NCBI GenBank assembly: GCA_951406725.2
Contig: OX597819.1
Location: forward strand, 119,226,001 to 119,290,000
Length of the DNA: 64,000 nucleotides
Reading direction: 5' to 3'
From: Octopus vulgaris
Lineage: Eukaryota
The notes under the pieces are model-generated. The model saw only the letters and a list, made by a program, of their open reading frames with translations. It was not told the DNA's origin and ran no database searches. The translations under genes were made by a program, and so were the position numbers. Below, piece after piece: positions 26,764-40,150 of this stretch; position 1 is the first letter of the stretch; the number at the start of each line of letters is the position of its first letter.

Positions 26764-28302
26764 TATAGTATGTGACAGTATGTATACCCTTGAAAAGTTC
26801 CGTAAAATTACAATTACTCTGATAATTTAAAAGGAAATGAAACGAAAGTTATACCGAATAAAATATACATGCTAACATTATGCAAATTTGGAACACAAAA
26901 CAATAAAAATTGTCAAAGATATGAAAGAAATATTAGCTTTCAAACCTTACACAAATAGGTACACCCTAAAGAAAATTTGCTATATTCAACATTTTATCCA
27001 CTTTTATTTTACTAAATTCACATATTGCTGATAATTTTAATTCTAATAAATTATTTCTTCAAGCATTTTTGCGCCGATCATTGTTCCTGCATCTGCAGGA
27101 ATTCAGATACTTGTACCATGGTGTAAATCTTCTTCATTGTAATTAAAATAGTATGAAAAGGAAAATAATTTTCTGAAGATTTGAAGAAAGTTATTTTTAA
27201 TTTGCACAAGAATGGTTTAGGATACGATTTAATTAGCAAAGGAATATATATTAGCGTAAACATAGTTGTCAAAGTAATTCAGAAGTACAAAGCTACTGGA
27301 CGGCTAAGTAATAAACACCGTCCAGCTCATCCTTCTATTTTAACTGCGCGTGATATTTGACAACACACCACTTAATCTTTGGCCCAAGAAGTGCCTTTTA
27401 TTAATCGAAAGATTGTATCCGCCCAAAAATTCACCTACGTTTGCACCAATGTGGTCTTCATGGACGCATCCCATGTAGAAAGCCTCTCCTAATTACCAGA
27501 GCTAAATCAAGTCTTTCCTTTGTTGAAAGCTCTGTGAGTAAGGGGAAGGAATTTAGGAAGAGAATTATTTTTTCTGACGACTCTAAAATCAATTTGTTTG
27601 GATCAGATAGCATTAAACCAGTATGGCGACCACCAGGCGAAGATAATAGCGACAAACGCACCGTGCCTAGAATGAAACATAGTGATGAAAGTGTTATGAT
27701 TTGGGGTTGCATGATTGCGGCTGGTGTGGGAGGATTCACATTTGCAGAAAACAATGTTGAAAAGCATCAAGGAACTAGGAAGATGTTCCTTGTTCTACCA
27801 TGCAAATGACCCTAAACACATTTCAAAGATGAAGACTAAGGTTTTATCAGATAAAAAGGTAAAGGTATTGCTTTCGCCTAATATGTCACCTGATTTAAAC
27901 CCAAGAGATAATATATAGGGTGTTTTGAAAAAAAGCTTGAGGATAAAAAAAAACCCGCAATGTAACACAGCTGAAAGAGATCATTCAGGATGAATGGATG
28001 TCGATTTCATCGGTTATATGCAGGAATGCTGTCGACTCTATGACCAGAAGAGTTCATTCCATCATTGAAAGCAAGGGTGGTCACATTAAATATTGAATAT
28101 AGCCAATAATACGTTAGTACATATTCTTGCATTGTGTGAATATTGATATATAGTTCGTATCTTTGAAAATGTTTCTTGCTTTGTATTCCAAATGTGTATG
28201 ACCTTTGCATGTATAATATATTTCATTCACTATAAGTGTAAGTAATGGCATGGGCAATTTCACTGAAATCTGTTAGGGGTGTACCTACTTCTGTGAGATA
28301 TA
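26764..28302 (+). mobile_element. Degenerate Tc1-like DNA transposon, probably IR/DR type
   Basis: Remnants VIQKYKATG, GLHGRIPCRKPLL, IIFSDDSKINLFGSD, VMIWGCM, NDPKH, SPDLNP and KGGHIKY* (stop 28094-28096). AGGTACACCC (~26958) and GGGTGTACCT (~28277) form TIR-type motifs. Confidence 0.9.
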
Positions 28303-28317
28303 TATACAACATTTTTT

Positions 28318-28525
28318 TCAATACGTCACCGCGTGTGTATCATTGATGATTTTCTTTCTCGGTTAACCCTTCCTTGGACCTTTCGTTTTTTCTATATGTC
28401 TGACGAAGCGTTCCGCTCGAAAAGTTAAATCCTCCTCCTTTGTTTCCTTTCCTGAGTTTCCAATAACACTATATATGTTCCACCTCCTCGCAGTAGTTGT
28501 GTTTTCTCTTTGTTCATGTTTGTAT

Positions 28526-28530
<5 letters not shown>
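28318..28530 (+). mobile_element. Second copy of the short HHR-bearing element (HHR ~28396-28432)
   Basis: CUGACGA-AGCG-UUC-CGCUC-GAAA-AGUU. Reverse complement of 25918-26128. Followed by (TA)n. Confidence 0.7.
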
Positions 28531-28580
<50 letters not shown>

Positions 28581-28712
28581 GGAGAGAGAGAGGGGGCATG
28601 AGGTTAGAGGAAGTGAGAGAGACAGAGCAACAGGGAGATATGGATATAGATATGTCAATGCAAACAAGAAAAATAGAACTCAAAATATGAGTATACTTAT
28701 ATTTTTATTAAC

Positions 28713-28843
28713 ATTCAGCAAAAATAACAGATGACTCAGAGTCCCAGAGTTTCTTACGTTGACAATTATTAAACCTGAATTTCAGAAATGCCAAAGAACT
28801 AAACTCTAGGAATTTGAGTCACTCTGTTACCTCTGCAAAATAT
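28713..28843. repeat. Short imperfect inverted-repeat element
   Basis: TAACAGATGACTCAGAGTCCCAGAGTTT (~28725-28752) versus AAACTCTAGGAATTTGAGTCACTCTGTTA (28801-28829). Confidence 0.55.
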
Positions 28844-28987
28844 TACTATATAAGTGTGTGCGTGTGTGCGAGAGAGGTGTGCGTAGAGGAAGAGAGATTA
28901 GTATAGAAAAATGTATATGTGTTTATGTGTGTGCATGTCTGTGTGTGTTTGTGCGCTTGTGTGTGTATCTATGTATATATATATATT

Positions 28988-29330
28988 TCTATATATATAA
29001 AACTGAGAATGTGTTTCTGTGTGTGTGTGTGTCTGTCTGTGTGTTTCCCTAAAACTTGAGAACTACACAACCAATTTCATTCAAATTTTACACATGCCTT
29101 ACTTAATGTCCGGGAAGTGTCATCGGCAAAAACAATTTAACTTTTTCCCTAGGGCGACCCCAAAGCAATATCATATATTCTCCACTATTTCAGTATTACG
29201 TGTTAAAAGTGAAACACATACATCTCTCTTTTGTAATGCAAACACTTTCACTTTAATACTGAAACTATTAAAGTGAAAGTATTATATAACAGGAATGAAC
29301 CATTAACAGTGGTCATCAATTTTGCTAGAC
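28988..29330 (+). mobile_element. Probable 5' part of a non-autonomous Helitron
   Basis: TCTATATATATAAAACTGAGAATGTG..(TG)n..ACCAATTTCATTCAAATTTTACAC, similar to the Helitron 5' ends elsewhere in the window. Confidence 0.45.
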
Positions 29331-29849
29331 GAAGATCTACTATGGTCTTATATGCTACACCACTGGTTTTCAATTAATATTAATGAAATTAATATTCAAT
29401 TTTTTCACACTTATTATGTGTGTGTGTGTATTAGCCATTCGCATAAAATTGCATCAATGACTTGAAATTGAATAAGTGGTTTCACATAAAAGGGGATAAA
29501 TTAAAAAGGTTTGTTGTTATTATAATTACTGGTTGACTATTTTTATCACATTTGTTGGTTCCACGTCAGGGAAACGTTGTTGTGTTGCATTTGTTAAATA
29601 ATTGTAAACCATAACCCTCCCCCTTCGGAGAAGGGGTTTTGGTTATTGTTTAAAAATTGAATTGTGTCCCTGTTTGGGGGTATTGACAATATTTTCACCG
29701 TCATTACGGAAGCACCTTTTATTAAAATGCCTTCGATAGAAGAAAATCCAAAAATGAATTCCGCTGCAGCCGTACACTTCTATACAAGAGGAAGGACAAG
29801 ATCCAATTGATCGAAATTGCAAGAGGCGGGCCTACAATTCCAGTTTGTT

Positions 29850-30100
29850 ATATATTTTGAGTATTGTTATCACTAGCGATATCAAGATATAACTTGGACT
29901 CCACCTGTACTTGCTTGCAATGATTCATTCCTGAGAGTATGAGACCTTCAGGCCATTTGACGTTGGGGAAGTTGAAATCACCCATAAGAAATATTGTTAG
30001 GTGGTGTTCTAGATTCATGAAAATTTCTTTAATCCTTGTGAGGCAATCTTCAAACTTGCCTATGTGATTTGGAACATCCGGTGGGCAATATGTATGTATA
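29850..30100 (-). mobile_element. LINE APE endonuclease fragment (CR1/Jockey-like)
   Basis: YCPPDVPNHIGKFEDCLTRIK...FLMGDFNFPNVKWPEG. Confidence 0.7.
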
Positions 30101-30124
30101 TTTTATATGTGTGTGTGTGTGTGT

Positions 30125-30391
30125 GTGAGGTATACTAGCCATCTCAATATGGCTAACTACTAAGGGTTGGTGACACTGTTGCTTGTAGTCCCAGGAGAAC
30201 ATCGTACGACAATCACCGGTTTTCGATGAAGGGAGTCCCAATGCAAATCCTTGTAACGTTTTTCCACTAACTTTTCGTCACTGATCTCGAAAAACTGCAT
30301 GCAAGCAATAATAAATCTCTGAACGGGATGTAAACAGTAACTGCACGACAATGTGAGGTATACTAGCCATCTCAATATGGCTAACCACTAA
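30125..30391 (+). mobile_element. Short element with ~39-bp terminal direct repeats and a degenerate HHR-like core (retrozyme-like)
   Basis: GTGAGGTATACTAGCCATCTCAATATGGCTAAC(T/C)ACTAA at ~30125 and ~30354. Internal TCGATGA-AGGGA...TCCTT-GTAA-CGTT at 30223-30260. Confidence 0.5.
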
Positions 30392-30767
30392 TATTCCACT
30401 CTCTACTATAAAAAAATAATTTAAGATTACAGGTTTGTGCATAAGTCTTCATTGGATCTAATGATCTAATTGGACCGTATTTTCAAAAAGCTTTTATATT
30501 CTAAAAAACTATATTTTAAAGAAAATTATAAGACGCTTACAACATACTAAACTGTCTGAAATGTTTTATATAGTGGTGAATAAATGAATTCTTGTGTCCC
30601 CTATATCTAATTTTAAAATTAGTAGTACTCCCTATATAACTTTTCCTAAGTTCGGAGAGTTAAACTAATGAACCTGTTTGCTGTTTACACAGCCGTCTTC
30701 TTCTTTTGTTCGTTTATTTTGTGAATTTAAAATATTTATGTGTATGTATGTGTGTGTATACATATGC

Positions 30768-30821
<54 letters not shown>

Positions 30822-30887
30822 ATTTCGTAGACAGGAACTGAAACAAATCGATCGTATATATATGTATGTATATATGTAAGTGTATGT

Positions 30888-32590
30888 GTTTTGGTTTTGG
30901 CAACATGAATGACAATGGCCAGAGACTATTTGAATTGTTCACATACCATAACCTGTGCATTACTAATACATTCTTTGCCAACAAGTCATCCCACAGGGCA
31001 TCTTGGAGACATCCAAGATCTCACCATGGGCATCAGCTGGATCTCAGCATTATACGAAAACCCTTTTTGAATTCTGTTCAACTGACTCGGAGTTGTTACA
31101 GCGCGGATTGTGACACAGATCATTCACTAATAAGAAGCTGGGTGAGGATTCTGCCTAAAAAGTCCATCACTCCAAGAAAATGGGCCGACCACGCATTAAC
31201 ACTGCTAGAACCTCCGACCCTACACTGCGACAATGTTTTGCTGTTTCTATCAAAGTTGCCCTCAGTAGCTGCCCAACCACCTCTGCTGAAAGTAGGTGGA
31301 ATTATATCAGGGAAGCTTTGTATACCACATCAATAGATACTTTCGGCATGAGAGAAAGGCAAAACCCAGATTTTGTTCAGTGCTGGGCTCTCAGAGCTGA
31401 AAACAGTTATCGAAACAAAGCGTGCAGCTCTGATGTAATACAAGAGTGATTCTTCTATAAAGTCACTCGAAGAACTCAGAAAGGCAAGAAATAAAACCCA
31501 ACTGACTGCCAGACGCTGTGCAAGTAGGTATTGGCAAGAAATAAGTCAGAGTATCAAGTCAGCTGCTGACAGTTACGTCACCCGTGGGTTTTAAAGGTTT
31601 GAAGAAGGCCCTCGGTCCATGCGCAACCAAGTCAGCCCCTCTGAAATCAACTACTGGGGATCTCATCAGGGACCAAAGCAAGCAAATGGATAGATGGGTG
31701 GAGTACTACCAAGATCTCTACTCACGAGAGACCACGGTAGCTGAGACTGCAATCGAGCGTGTCAAGATCTTGCCTGTCATGCGTGAACTTGACAGTCTAC
31801 CATTTATAGCAAGTAACAAGGCTCTGGCAAAAGACGGCATCCCCTTAGAGATCATCAAAACCGGCAAAAACACCATCCTGCTTCGGCACATTCATGAGCT
31901 TCTGTGTCAGTGCTGGGAAGAGGGTACAGTCCCTCAGGATATGCGGGATGCTAGCTAACATCATTACGCTTTACAAAAACAAAGGTGACCGTGGTGATTG
32001 TAACAATTACCGTGGAATATCTCTTCTAAGCACTGTTGGAAAGGCCTCTGCTCGCATTTTCCTGTCCGGGCTGCAACTGCTTGCTTCTCAAATTTATCCA
32101 GAATCGCAGTGTGGCTTTAAAAGAAGCAGATCAACAATCGACATGATATTCTCCATACGCCAACTTCAGGAGAAGTCCAGAGAGCAGAATATGCCATTAT
32201 ATATGGCCTTCATTGATCTGAAAAGGTCTTTGACTTGGTAAGTAGAAAAGGCATCTTCATCCTGCTCCAAAAAATCGGATGTCCACCAAAGCAGCTGAGG
32301 ATCATCACATCTTTCCATGATGATATGCAAGGCACCATACAGCACAATAGTTCAACATCAGCCGCCTTCCAAATAAAAAAAATGGGGTAAAGCAAGGTTA
32401 TGTCCTTGCTCCTACATTACTTGGCATCTTCTTCTCGCTGCTGCTCTCACATGCCTTTGTGACATCAGATGATGGAGTGTTTCTACACAGTAGAAGTGAC
32501 GGGAAACTGTTCAATCTCTCACGTCTGTGTGCCAAGACCAAAATCAGAAGCGTCTTGATCAATGAGATTCTATTTGCTGATGATGCCGTT
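30888..32590 (+). mobile_element. RTE (BovB-like) LINE fragment, frameshifted endonuclease C-terminus plus RT
   Basis: NDNGQRLFEL..HNLCITNTFF, DCDTDH, NYRGISLLS, PESQCGF..RSTIDMIF..RQLQEK, AFIDL, GVKQG and LFADD. Confidence 0.92.
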
Positions 32591-32775
32591 GTTTGTCATA
32601 CCTACAAAATTCTAATATAACTAAGAACATATCATGCTATTCCGGCTGCATCCGACCTTTGAATCCGATGTCTAAGACCTTTAACGTAGATCTGCTGGAA
32701 AGGATCTCCCGTAAGAACTTAAATGTTTACCTTTTCCATTTCTTACGCAGATGTTTGAGGAAGCCAAATACATAT

Positions 32776-32872
32776 GCAGAAGACTTTTGCCCAAGGTGCC
32801 ACGCAGTGGGATTGAACCGGGAACCATGAGGTTCGTAAGCAAAGTACTTATCACACAGCCACTCCTGCGCCT
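32776..32872 (-). mobile_element. SINE family A head fragment
   Basis: Reverse complement AGGCGCAGGAGTGGCTGTG...GGCACCTTGGGCAA. Confidence 0.85.
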
Positions 32873-34075
32873 ATGTATATGTTGATATATAAACGTTTAT
32901 ATAAATATCTTAGCTATATTGTTATCTATATCCATATGTATACATATGAATAGATGCGCGCACGCATACACACAAACACACACAATCACATAAATACATA
33001 TATGTATGATTATTTGTGTTATATATATATATATATATATACATATATATATTTCATATCATGCCCATATTTATATGTTTGTATGAATACGTGTACCTCC
33101 TATGAAATTATATGTTACACTGATTTTAAACCATATTAAAATATAGTACACGAGTTAACTGTTTTAACATTTGTCATATATATTTCTGCGGATCGACTGG
33201 ATATTTTTCAAATGTGAGTATCGACATGAATGGGCGCATCATACTGTACGTCTTGCCTTTCTTTACACAGCGAAAACCAAATTACATATGCTGTCGTCAA
33301 ATTCCTGGCAACATCTACTATATCCACCCACTCAGCATTAGTCCTACTGGCAGCGTTTCACAGCTGTAATTTAACAGCAAATATTCAGTGTGAATTCTTC
33401 CACTAGCAAAATGCCTCTAGACATGTTGACACGGCTCCAAATATTAGGTGTTATTGGCTTAGCACTTCTAAATGCTTACTATATCGATTCATAACTGTCA
33501 GCTGTCAAATGATTCTTGGTAATTTCAAAAGGTTTCTTTGTATCTTGTGATTACCCATTTCCATCATCTGACAATTGACAAGTCCAGTGTGTGCATCTAT
33601 CTATAATGGCAGAGAATTGCTATATATTCTTATTCACATAAAACCTAATCGTCCATTTCCATATGAAAAATCATTTTCAAACCCTTTCAAATAATAGTAA
33701 CTTTGTGAAAGAAAGTAGAGTGTTGAACTATAATTTCGATGACAATAAGTTTAATATAATTTTTGTTGACAAATTATCACTTAGAAGGTTTCTAGAAAAT
33801 TATATCAATGGAATTATACACAGAGAATGTATCCAATAACTAGAACTCGAATGCGTTTATGACTTCTACTTACTTAAATTATGGTCGAAATATTGATAAT
33901 TGTATTTTGGTAATTTCATCTGTCTGTATTTCTTTGGCACTCCATTTACCGAAGCTTTTATATAAGGATGTCCATCAGCTTACCAACGAAATTATCAATC
34001 CACGCATTCATCTCTCCTTAAATCAATTCACTTTTCTCTGTCCATTATTTGGCTGCTATGTGTCTGTCACTCGGT

Positions 34076-34176
<101 letters not shown>

Positions 34177-34190
34177 ATATGTATATGTAA

Positions 34191-34244
<54 letters not shown>

Positions 34245-34248
34245 ACAT

Positions 34249-34414
34249 AGGCGCAGGAGTGGCTGTGTGGTAAGTAGCTTGTTTACCAACCACATGGTTC
34301 CGTGTTCAGTCCCACTGCGTGGCACCTTGGGTAGGTGTCTTCTACTATAGCCTCGGGCCGACCAAAGCCTTGTGAGTGGATTTGGTAGACGGAAACTGAA
34401 AGAAGCCCGTCGTA

Positions 34415-34456
<42 letters not shown>

Positions 34457-34684
34457 TGTGTGTGTTTGTGTGTCTGTGTTTGTCCCCCTAGCATTGCTTG
34501 ACAACTGATGCTGGTGTGTATACGTCCCCGTCACCTAGCGGTTCCGCAAAAGAGACCGATAGAATAAGTACTGGGCTTACAAAAAGAATAAGTCCCGGTG
34601 TGGAGTTGCTCGATTAAAGGCGTTGCTCCAGCATGGCCGCAGTCAAATGACTGAAACAATTAAAAGAATAAAAGAATAAAAGAA
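34249..34684 (+). mobile_element. Full-length SINE family A
   Basis: tRNA-like head AGGCGCAGGAGTGGCTGTGTGGTAAG..GTTCAGTCCC, internal (TA)/(TG) tract and (AAAAGAAT)n tail. Inserted in (TA)n. Confidence 0.92.
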
Positions 34685-35049
34685 TATACATACATATGTG
34701 TGTGTAAGTGTGTCTAAGTGTGTGCATAGAATCTTTACATTTCCTTGTTTTAGTCATCCGCCTGCAGCTTTGGAGAAAAACTGTGAACGAATCTTAATCT
34801 AACAAATCCACCCAGTACTTACGTTATTTGTTTTACGTTTTTTTCTTTTCGATGTTTTTTTTTTTCTGTTAAGGGCTATTACTTATTTCAAATTTGTCTT
34901 TTGACGGCCAGCTAAACTACAAGAACGTCAACAGATCAACACCTGATGTCTACAGGTCTTAGGGTAAGAAACGATACAAATACATGTGTATCACACACAC
35001 ATATGCACATATGTATCTATCTCCGTCTCTCTCACATTCTCTCGCTATA

Positions 35050-35175
<126 letters not shown>

Positions 35176-35776
35176 TCGAAAATAAAATAAAGGAATTTTG
35201 TTAATTCGTCGTTCAACTCCATTCTTTCATTTATTTGTATTTAAAAAAACACACAAATTTCTACACGATAGCACGTGATCTCTGCCCAAGGCATGTAGCT
35301 TCAACCGTGTTTTTCTGACGTGAATTTGCTTCCCAGGTATCGGTTAACCGAATTATCTATAATAAGATAATTCATTCAACTACTCAATTATATATATATA
35401 TATATAAATTATAATTGACTGCTATCCCTAGCATGATGGTATCTTTTAGATACCCTTAATTATAATTTTGATAATAATTATTACCTATGAGGTTTTTATT
35501 CCCATGCTATCCACTTGACATGATCGGTATTTTAAATAAGGATCTTCTTCTGATATTTATATATATATATATATATATATGAGCCAGGTAAAATCGCATC
35601 AAATGACGTAATATAATCAGTGAATACAATAAGTGCTCATATTGCTTTACCACCTGAAACTCCGATTTGAACTGCGACCAAACAAACATGGATTTGTAGC
35701 GTTCTAGCATGTACAACATAAAGAACCAATGTCCAGGCAATCAATTGGTATCAGTCTAGAGCTTAGAATATGTATA

Positions 35777-36065
35777 TTCTTTTCTTCTATAGGCACAAGG
35801 CCCGAACTTGTTGGCCCTACTACGCAACTAGTACTGACTTTATCGAGCCCACAATTATGAAAGGCAAAGTCCACCGTGGTTGATTTTGAACTCAGAACGT
35901 AAAGACAGACAAAATACAGAATTTATATATTCTTTTCTACACTAGGAGCAAAGCCCGGAAAGTTTGAGGAGGGGGCCAGTCGATTAGATCGACCCCAGTG
36001 CACAACTGATACTTAATTTATCGACCCCGAAAGGATGAAAGGCGGAATTTGAACTCAGAACGTAA
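35777..36065 (-). mobile_element. Two tandem SINE family C units
   Basis: Two head-to-tail copies, each ending TTTGAACTCAGAACGTAAA on the + strand. Confidence 0.75.
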
Positions 36066-36214
36066 AAATATACAGAATATAGAATTTATATATTGAAATA
36101 TAATTGTTTTGTTGTAACAATAGGGTTGTTAGAATAGAATGTATCGGAGAAATAATGGTTAAAGTGCGCAAAATAGAAGCACATATGGCTTATTTCTCTA
36201 TGTATATTGTTTTT

Positions 36215-36481
36215 TCCTTCTCGAGTCACACCTGGCTCATAGGGCCAGTTTCCCGGTTTCCTTGGCGTATAGGTTCCCCACCCGGACGGGACACCAGTCC
36301 GTCGCAGGTGAGCTGCAAGATGCAGGATGAAAGAGTGAGAGAATGTTGTTGCGAGACAGTCAGCAGAAGTGGAGATTAGGTGTTTCGCTCATAAACACAC
36401 TCATCACTCGGTCTGAGATTCGAACCCGCGATCCCTCGACCGCGAGTCCGCTGCTCAAATTACTATGCCAGGTGCCTCCAC
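36215..36481 (-). mobile_element. SINE family B, tail variant 2
   Basis: Head GTGGAGGCACCTGGCATAGT..GGACTCGCGGTCGAGGGATCGCGGGTTCGAATC. Confidence 0.85.
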
Positions 36482-36795
36482 TCTCTATATGTATACTAGT
36501 GAACTATTCTATATTGAAAGAGAAAACTTTGAAGGAGACACCTCGTGGAGGGTCATAGTAGTTAATAAGTCCATCTTTTCGGCGATCGTATTGTAATCAC
36601 GGTTCCTTCAATTACCTCCCCCCCTCTTTGCCTATACTGGCGTTTCTCGCTTTTTGCTCTCACACCTCTCTGTATTCTACTTTTTCACAGCTTCTTTTTT
36701 GGCCACTCATCTGATATCTCGTCCGTGTGCGCTCAGAAAACAGTTTTTCCTCATTATTCTTTTTATCCATTTGTTGTATAAAAGACTGCATTCCC

Positions 36796-37132
36796 GTTGA
36801 GACCCCCTTCGGTCATGAATAACGATGGGATTTCTGCTACAAAGTTGCCCTCCCAGGCACAAGTCCGGGCAAGTTTGTTTATGGAAGACCAGCAGTCGCC
36901 CATGCATACCGGCCTCCCCTCTCCACGCCACCAGTGTTATCCAAGGAAGAGGCAAAGGCCGATACAGCTTGGCACCTGTGACGTCGCAACTTATTTCTAC
37001 AGCTGAGTGAACCGAAGCAACGTGAAATGAAGTGTCTTGCTCAAGAACTCAACACGCAGCCCGCTCCGGGATTCGAACTCACAACCTCACGATCGTAAGC
37101 TCGCCGATCTAACCACTGAGCCATGCGCCTTC
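36796..37132 (-). mobile_element. tRNA-derived SINE family D with TSD
   Basis: Head GAAGGCGCATGGCTCAGTGGTTAG..GAGTTCGAATCCC and central TTCTTGAGCAAGACACTT. TSD ACTGCATTCCC (36785-36795) / ACTGCATCCC (37133-37142). Confidence 0.88.
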
Positions 37133-37825
37133 ACTGCATCCCAGTAAATAATCATATTTACACTCACTTTTCTTTTAATGTTACACATATCGACCATTGT
37201 TTTGCGTTTCATTCTTTTATCATACATCCTCTTAAAATGCTAATATTTCATCTTACCTAACCGATAAAGCTTAAACTTATATGCTTTCATTTCGCTGTTC
37301 GTGTATCCTTTCAGAAATTCTTAAATTCAGGAAGATTTTCATACATAAATTCTTAAGAATCACACACAGTTGTTGCGATGGTCATTTGTATAGCGTTTTC
37401 TCATAAGCAAACTACGAAAGTCAATAGACAGTCATCTAATGAGATGTTTTTTTACCGCGATTGTTCTGTCTGTTTGCATTATTTCTGCCAAATGAAGAAA
37501 GATTACTCACGCATACCAATGAATTTAACTCTGTTTGAACAGATATAGTCTTCCATCTCAAATTCGGATTACAGTAACGCTTATTAATAGTTGAAACGCT
37601 TTAATACAGAGCGCTCATGTACACAGCTGTATAACACTGATCGTCTTGGCCTCGGGAGAATAACACGTTCCCATCGACCGCGTTGTGTTATGCGGTGCAG
37701 CTAACTGGTAGAAAGCTGATGATAAAGGCACATAGGTCATGTATTGCAAAAATCCTTTGTATCTTTTTCCTTGGGAACTCACTGGGTGAACTGTTGCCAT
37801 TATGTCGACATTCTGACGACTCATA

Positions 37826-38036
37826 AGGCGGGGAGCTGGCGGAATCTTTAGCACGCCGGGTGAAATGCTTAGCGGCATTTCGTCTGTTTTTACGTTCTGA
37901 GTTCAAATTCTGCCGAGGCTGGCTTTGCCTTTCATCCTTTCTGGGTCGATAAATTAAGTACTAGTTGCCTTCTAGGGTCGATCTAATCTACTGGCTCCCT
38001 TCCCCCAAATTTAGGGCCTTGTGCCTAGAGTAGAAA
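37826..38036 (+). mobile_element. SINE family C monomer
   Basis: AGGCGGGGAGCTGGCGGAATC..GTTCTGAGTTCAAATTC..GCCTTTCATCCTTTC. Confidence 0.85.
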
Positions 38037-38677
38037 ATATCCTGATGGCTCGGTATATGAAAGTAGGGTTGTTAAATAATACGTTATAATATATTATTGT
38101 ATGTATCTAGAGAGATATTAACCCGTTCGTTTTTCATATACATATATGTATATACATAAAAACATACATAAACACAAATACATATATAGATACAATGCGA
38201 TTTGATTTGATATGTAATTCTAATTTGACATGTAAATTAATTTGACATGTAGTTCTAGCTTCGCAGAAAATGAATAAAAAATGGTAAACCAGGTCAGTTC
38301 ATCACAAATTCTTTGTAAACTCCTAAATATATCTCCTTCTGTGAATATATATATCACCAACATATGATCTTTTTGATCATATAATTGTCTGTGTATATAT
38401 ACAGAAATGCTTCCAAACAAACATGATTTTTAATGAAATCCTAATATTTTTAATGAACTTTTTAATATTTTCTCATGATTATTCCTTGTAAACATTTTTA
38501 ACGTTTTCTTATTATTATCAAAGAATGTATATATGTATTGTAATATTTTGTGGCAACCAGTACTTAACAGAACAAAGCTTTTACAAAGCTGTTACATTTT
38601 ACATTTGAAAATCTTCTTCTAAAAAGGTGAAACCGGTCAAGTGAATAAACATCTTTTAAAATTTCATATTCAAACCC

Positions 38678-38764
<87 letters not shown>

Positions 38765-38792
38765 GTGTATATATAAGCAGGTATATTTATGT

Positions 38793-38962
38793 ACTCTTTT
38801 ATTTGTTTCAGTCATTTAACTGCGGCCATGCTGGAGCATCACGCCTGAAAGGGTTTTAGTCGAAGAAATCAACCGTAGGACTTGTTCTTTGTAAGCCTCG
38901 TACTTATTCTATCGATGCTTTTTGCTGATGCGCTAAATTATGTGGGACACAAACACACCAGC
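38793..38962 (-). mobile_element. SINE family A tail fragment
   Basis: TTTCAGTCATTTAACTGCGGCCATGCTGGAGCA. Confidence 0.8.
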
Positions 38963-38964
38963 AT

Positions 38965-39360
38965 AGACGACACAAAGTAAACAAGGACGGGTCATTCGGA
39001 GTTTTCTTTCCTCAGTCGAGTTCTAGATTATCTTTGCAATTTCGACTGGTTATGCTCGAGATTGCTCCAATCGGGCCAGCCCCAGGGAAAGAGCATTAGA
39101 TACCTTGGAACAAAGTAGTGAATGTATACGAAATCAAGGACGGAAAAAAAACAGAGAAGGTTACAAAAATACAAGTAACAGGACATAACAACAGGTGTCT
39201 TTCGACTAATGATGAATGATATTAAGCTGGCGTGTGTGGAAGTAAAGACTTACGGCAGGCATACGAGATTTCACAGGCATAGCGAAGAATATAGATGTTG
39301 CACAGACAGCGGCCGAACCAAGAAAGAAATGTCAGGCTTGGCCTAACACCAGTCACTTGG
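38965..39360 (-). repeat. Second copy of the unclassified repeat at 5890-6385
   Basis: Shared blocks listed for the first copy. Confidence 0.6.
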
Positions 39361-39679
39361 GGAAAGAAGAGAAAGTGGTAGAGGCAGAGGGTGAGAAAAA
39401 ATAAGGAGGGGCGAGAACAAATGACAGGGACACAGTGAGGTAAAAAGAGGAGGGTATATAAGTATATATGTGCATGTGGGTGTTTCTTTGACTTTGTCCC
39501 TCCCCGCCGCCTTCAAACCGGTGTTAGTGCGTATTGGGCCTCATGACATAGCGGTTCGTTAAATGAAACGGATAGAATAAGTCCCTGGCTTAAAGTATAG
39601 TAGTACCGAATTAGATTCATTCAACTAAAATTCTTCATGGTGATCACCCAGTGGGGCTCAGTCTAATGAATGAAGCAAA

Positions 39680-40078
39680 TCTTTATATATAAAAGTGAGG
39701 TTGTGTGCTGTCTGTCTCCTACGATTTAGATTCCTAACTACTCCCACATTTTGCGGTGCAGTTTAACCAAAATCGGGTATCTTATAGTCGTGATTCATAT
39801 CGAGCCCTTATGGGTATTAGCGCACGTCTACGATGAGTCTACGATTTTAAAAAAAATACCATCATTTGTTTCCAATTTAATGTATTTTTTCGCTATTATA
39901 TAAGAGAAGTAACTCTCTAAAAATGTCTACGATGAGTCGGCGAGTTTTTAAAAAAAATTACCATAATTTTTTTCCCATTTTTTATGCATCTTTTTGCTAT
40001 TTTTGGCTATAACTCTCTAAAAATGCTTATATAGTTATTTCCCTTACAAACCCGAGCAACGCCGGGCGATACTGCTAG
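39680..40078 (+). mobile_element. Non-autonomous Helitron
   Basis: 5' TC (TCTTTATATATAAAAG), 3' hairpin CCCGAGCAACGCCGGG, CTAG terminus, inserted between A and T with no TSD. Confidence 0.88.
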
Positions 40079-40104
40079 TTAAATATAAAAAGACGTGTGT
40101 TGGT

Positions 40105-40150
<46 letters not shown>

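Noticed and set aside
33200-33720. Possible LINE endonuclease remnant on the minus strand (GNGRLGFYVNKNI)
   Set aside because: One weak motif and many stops; not enough to call.
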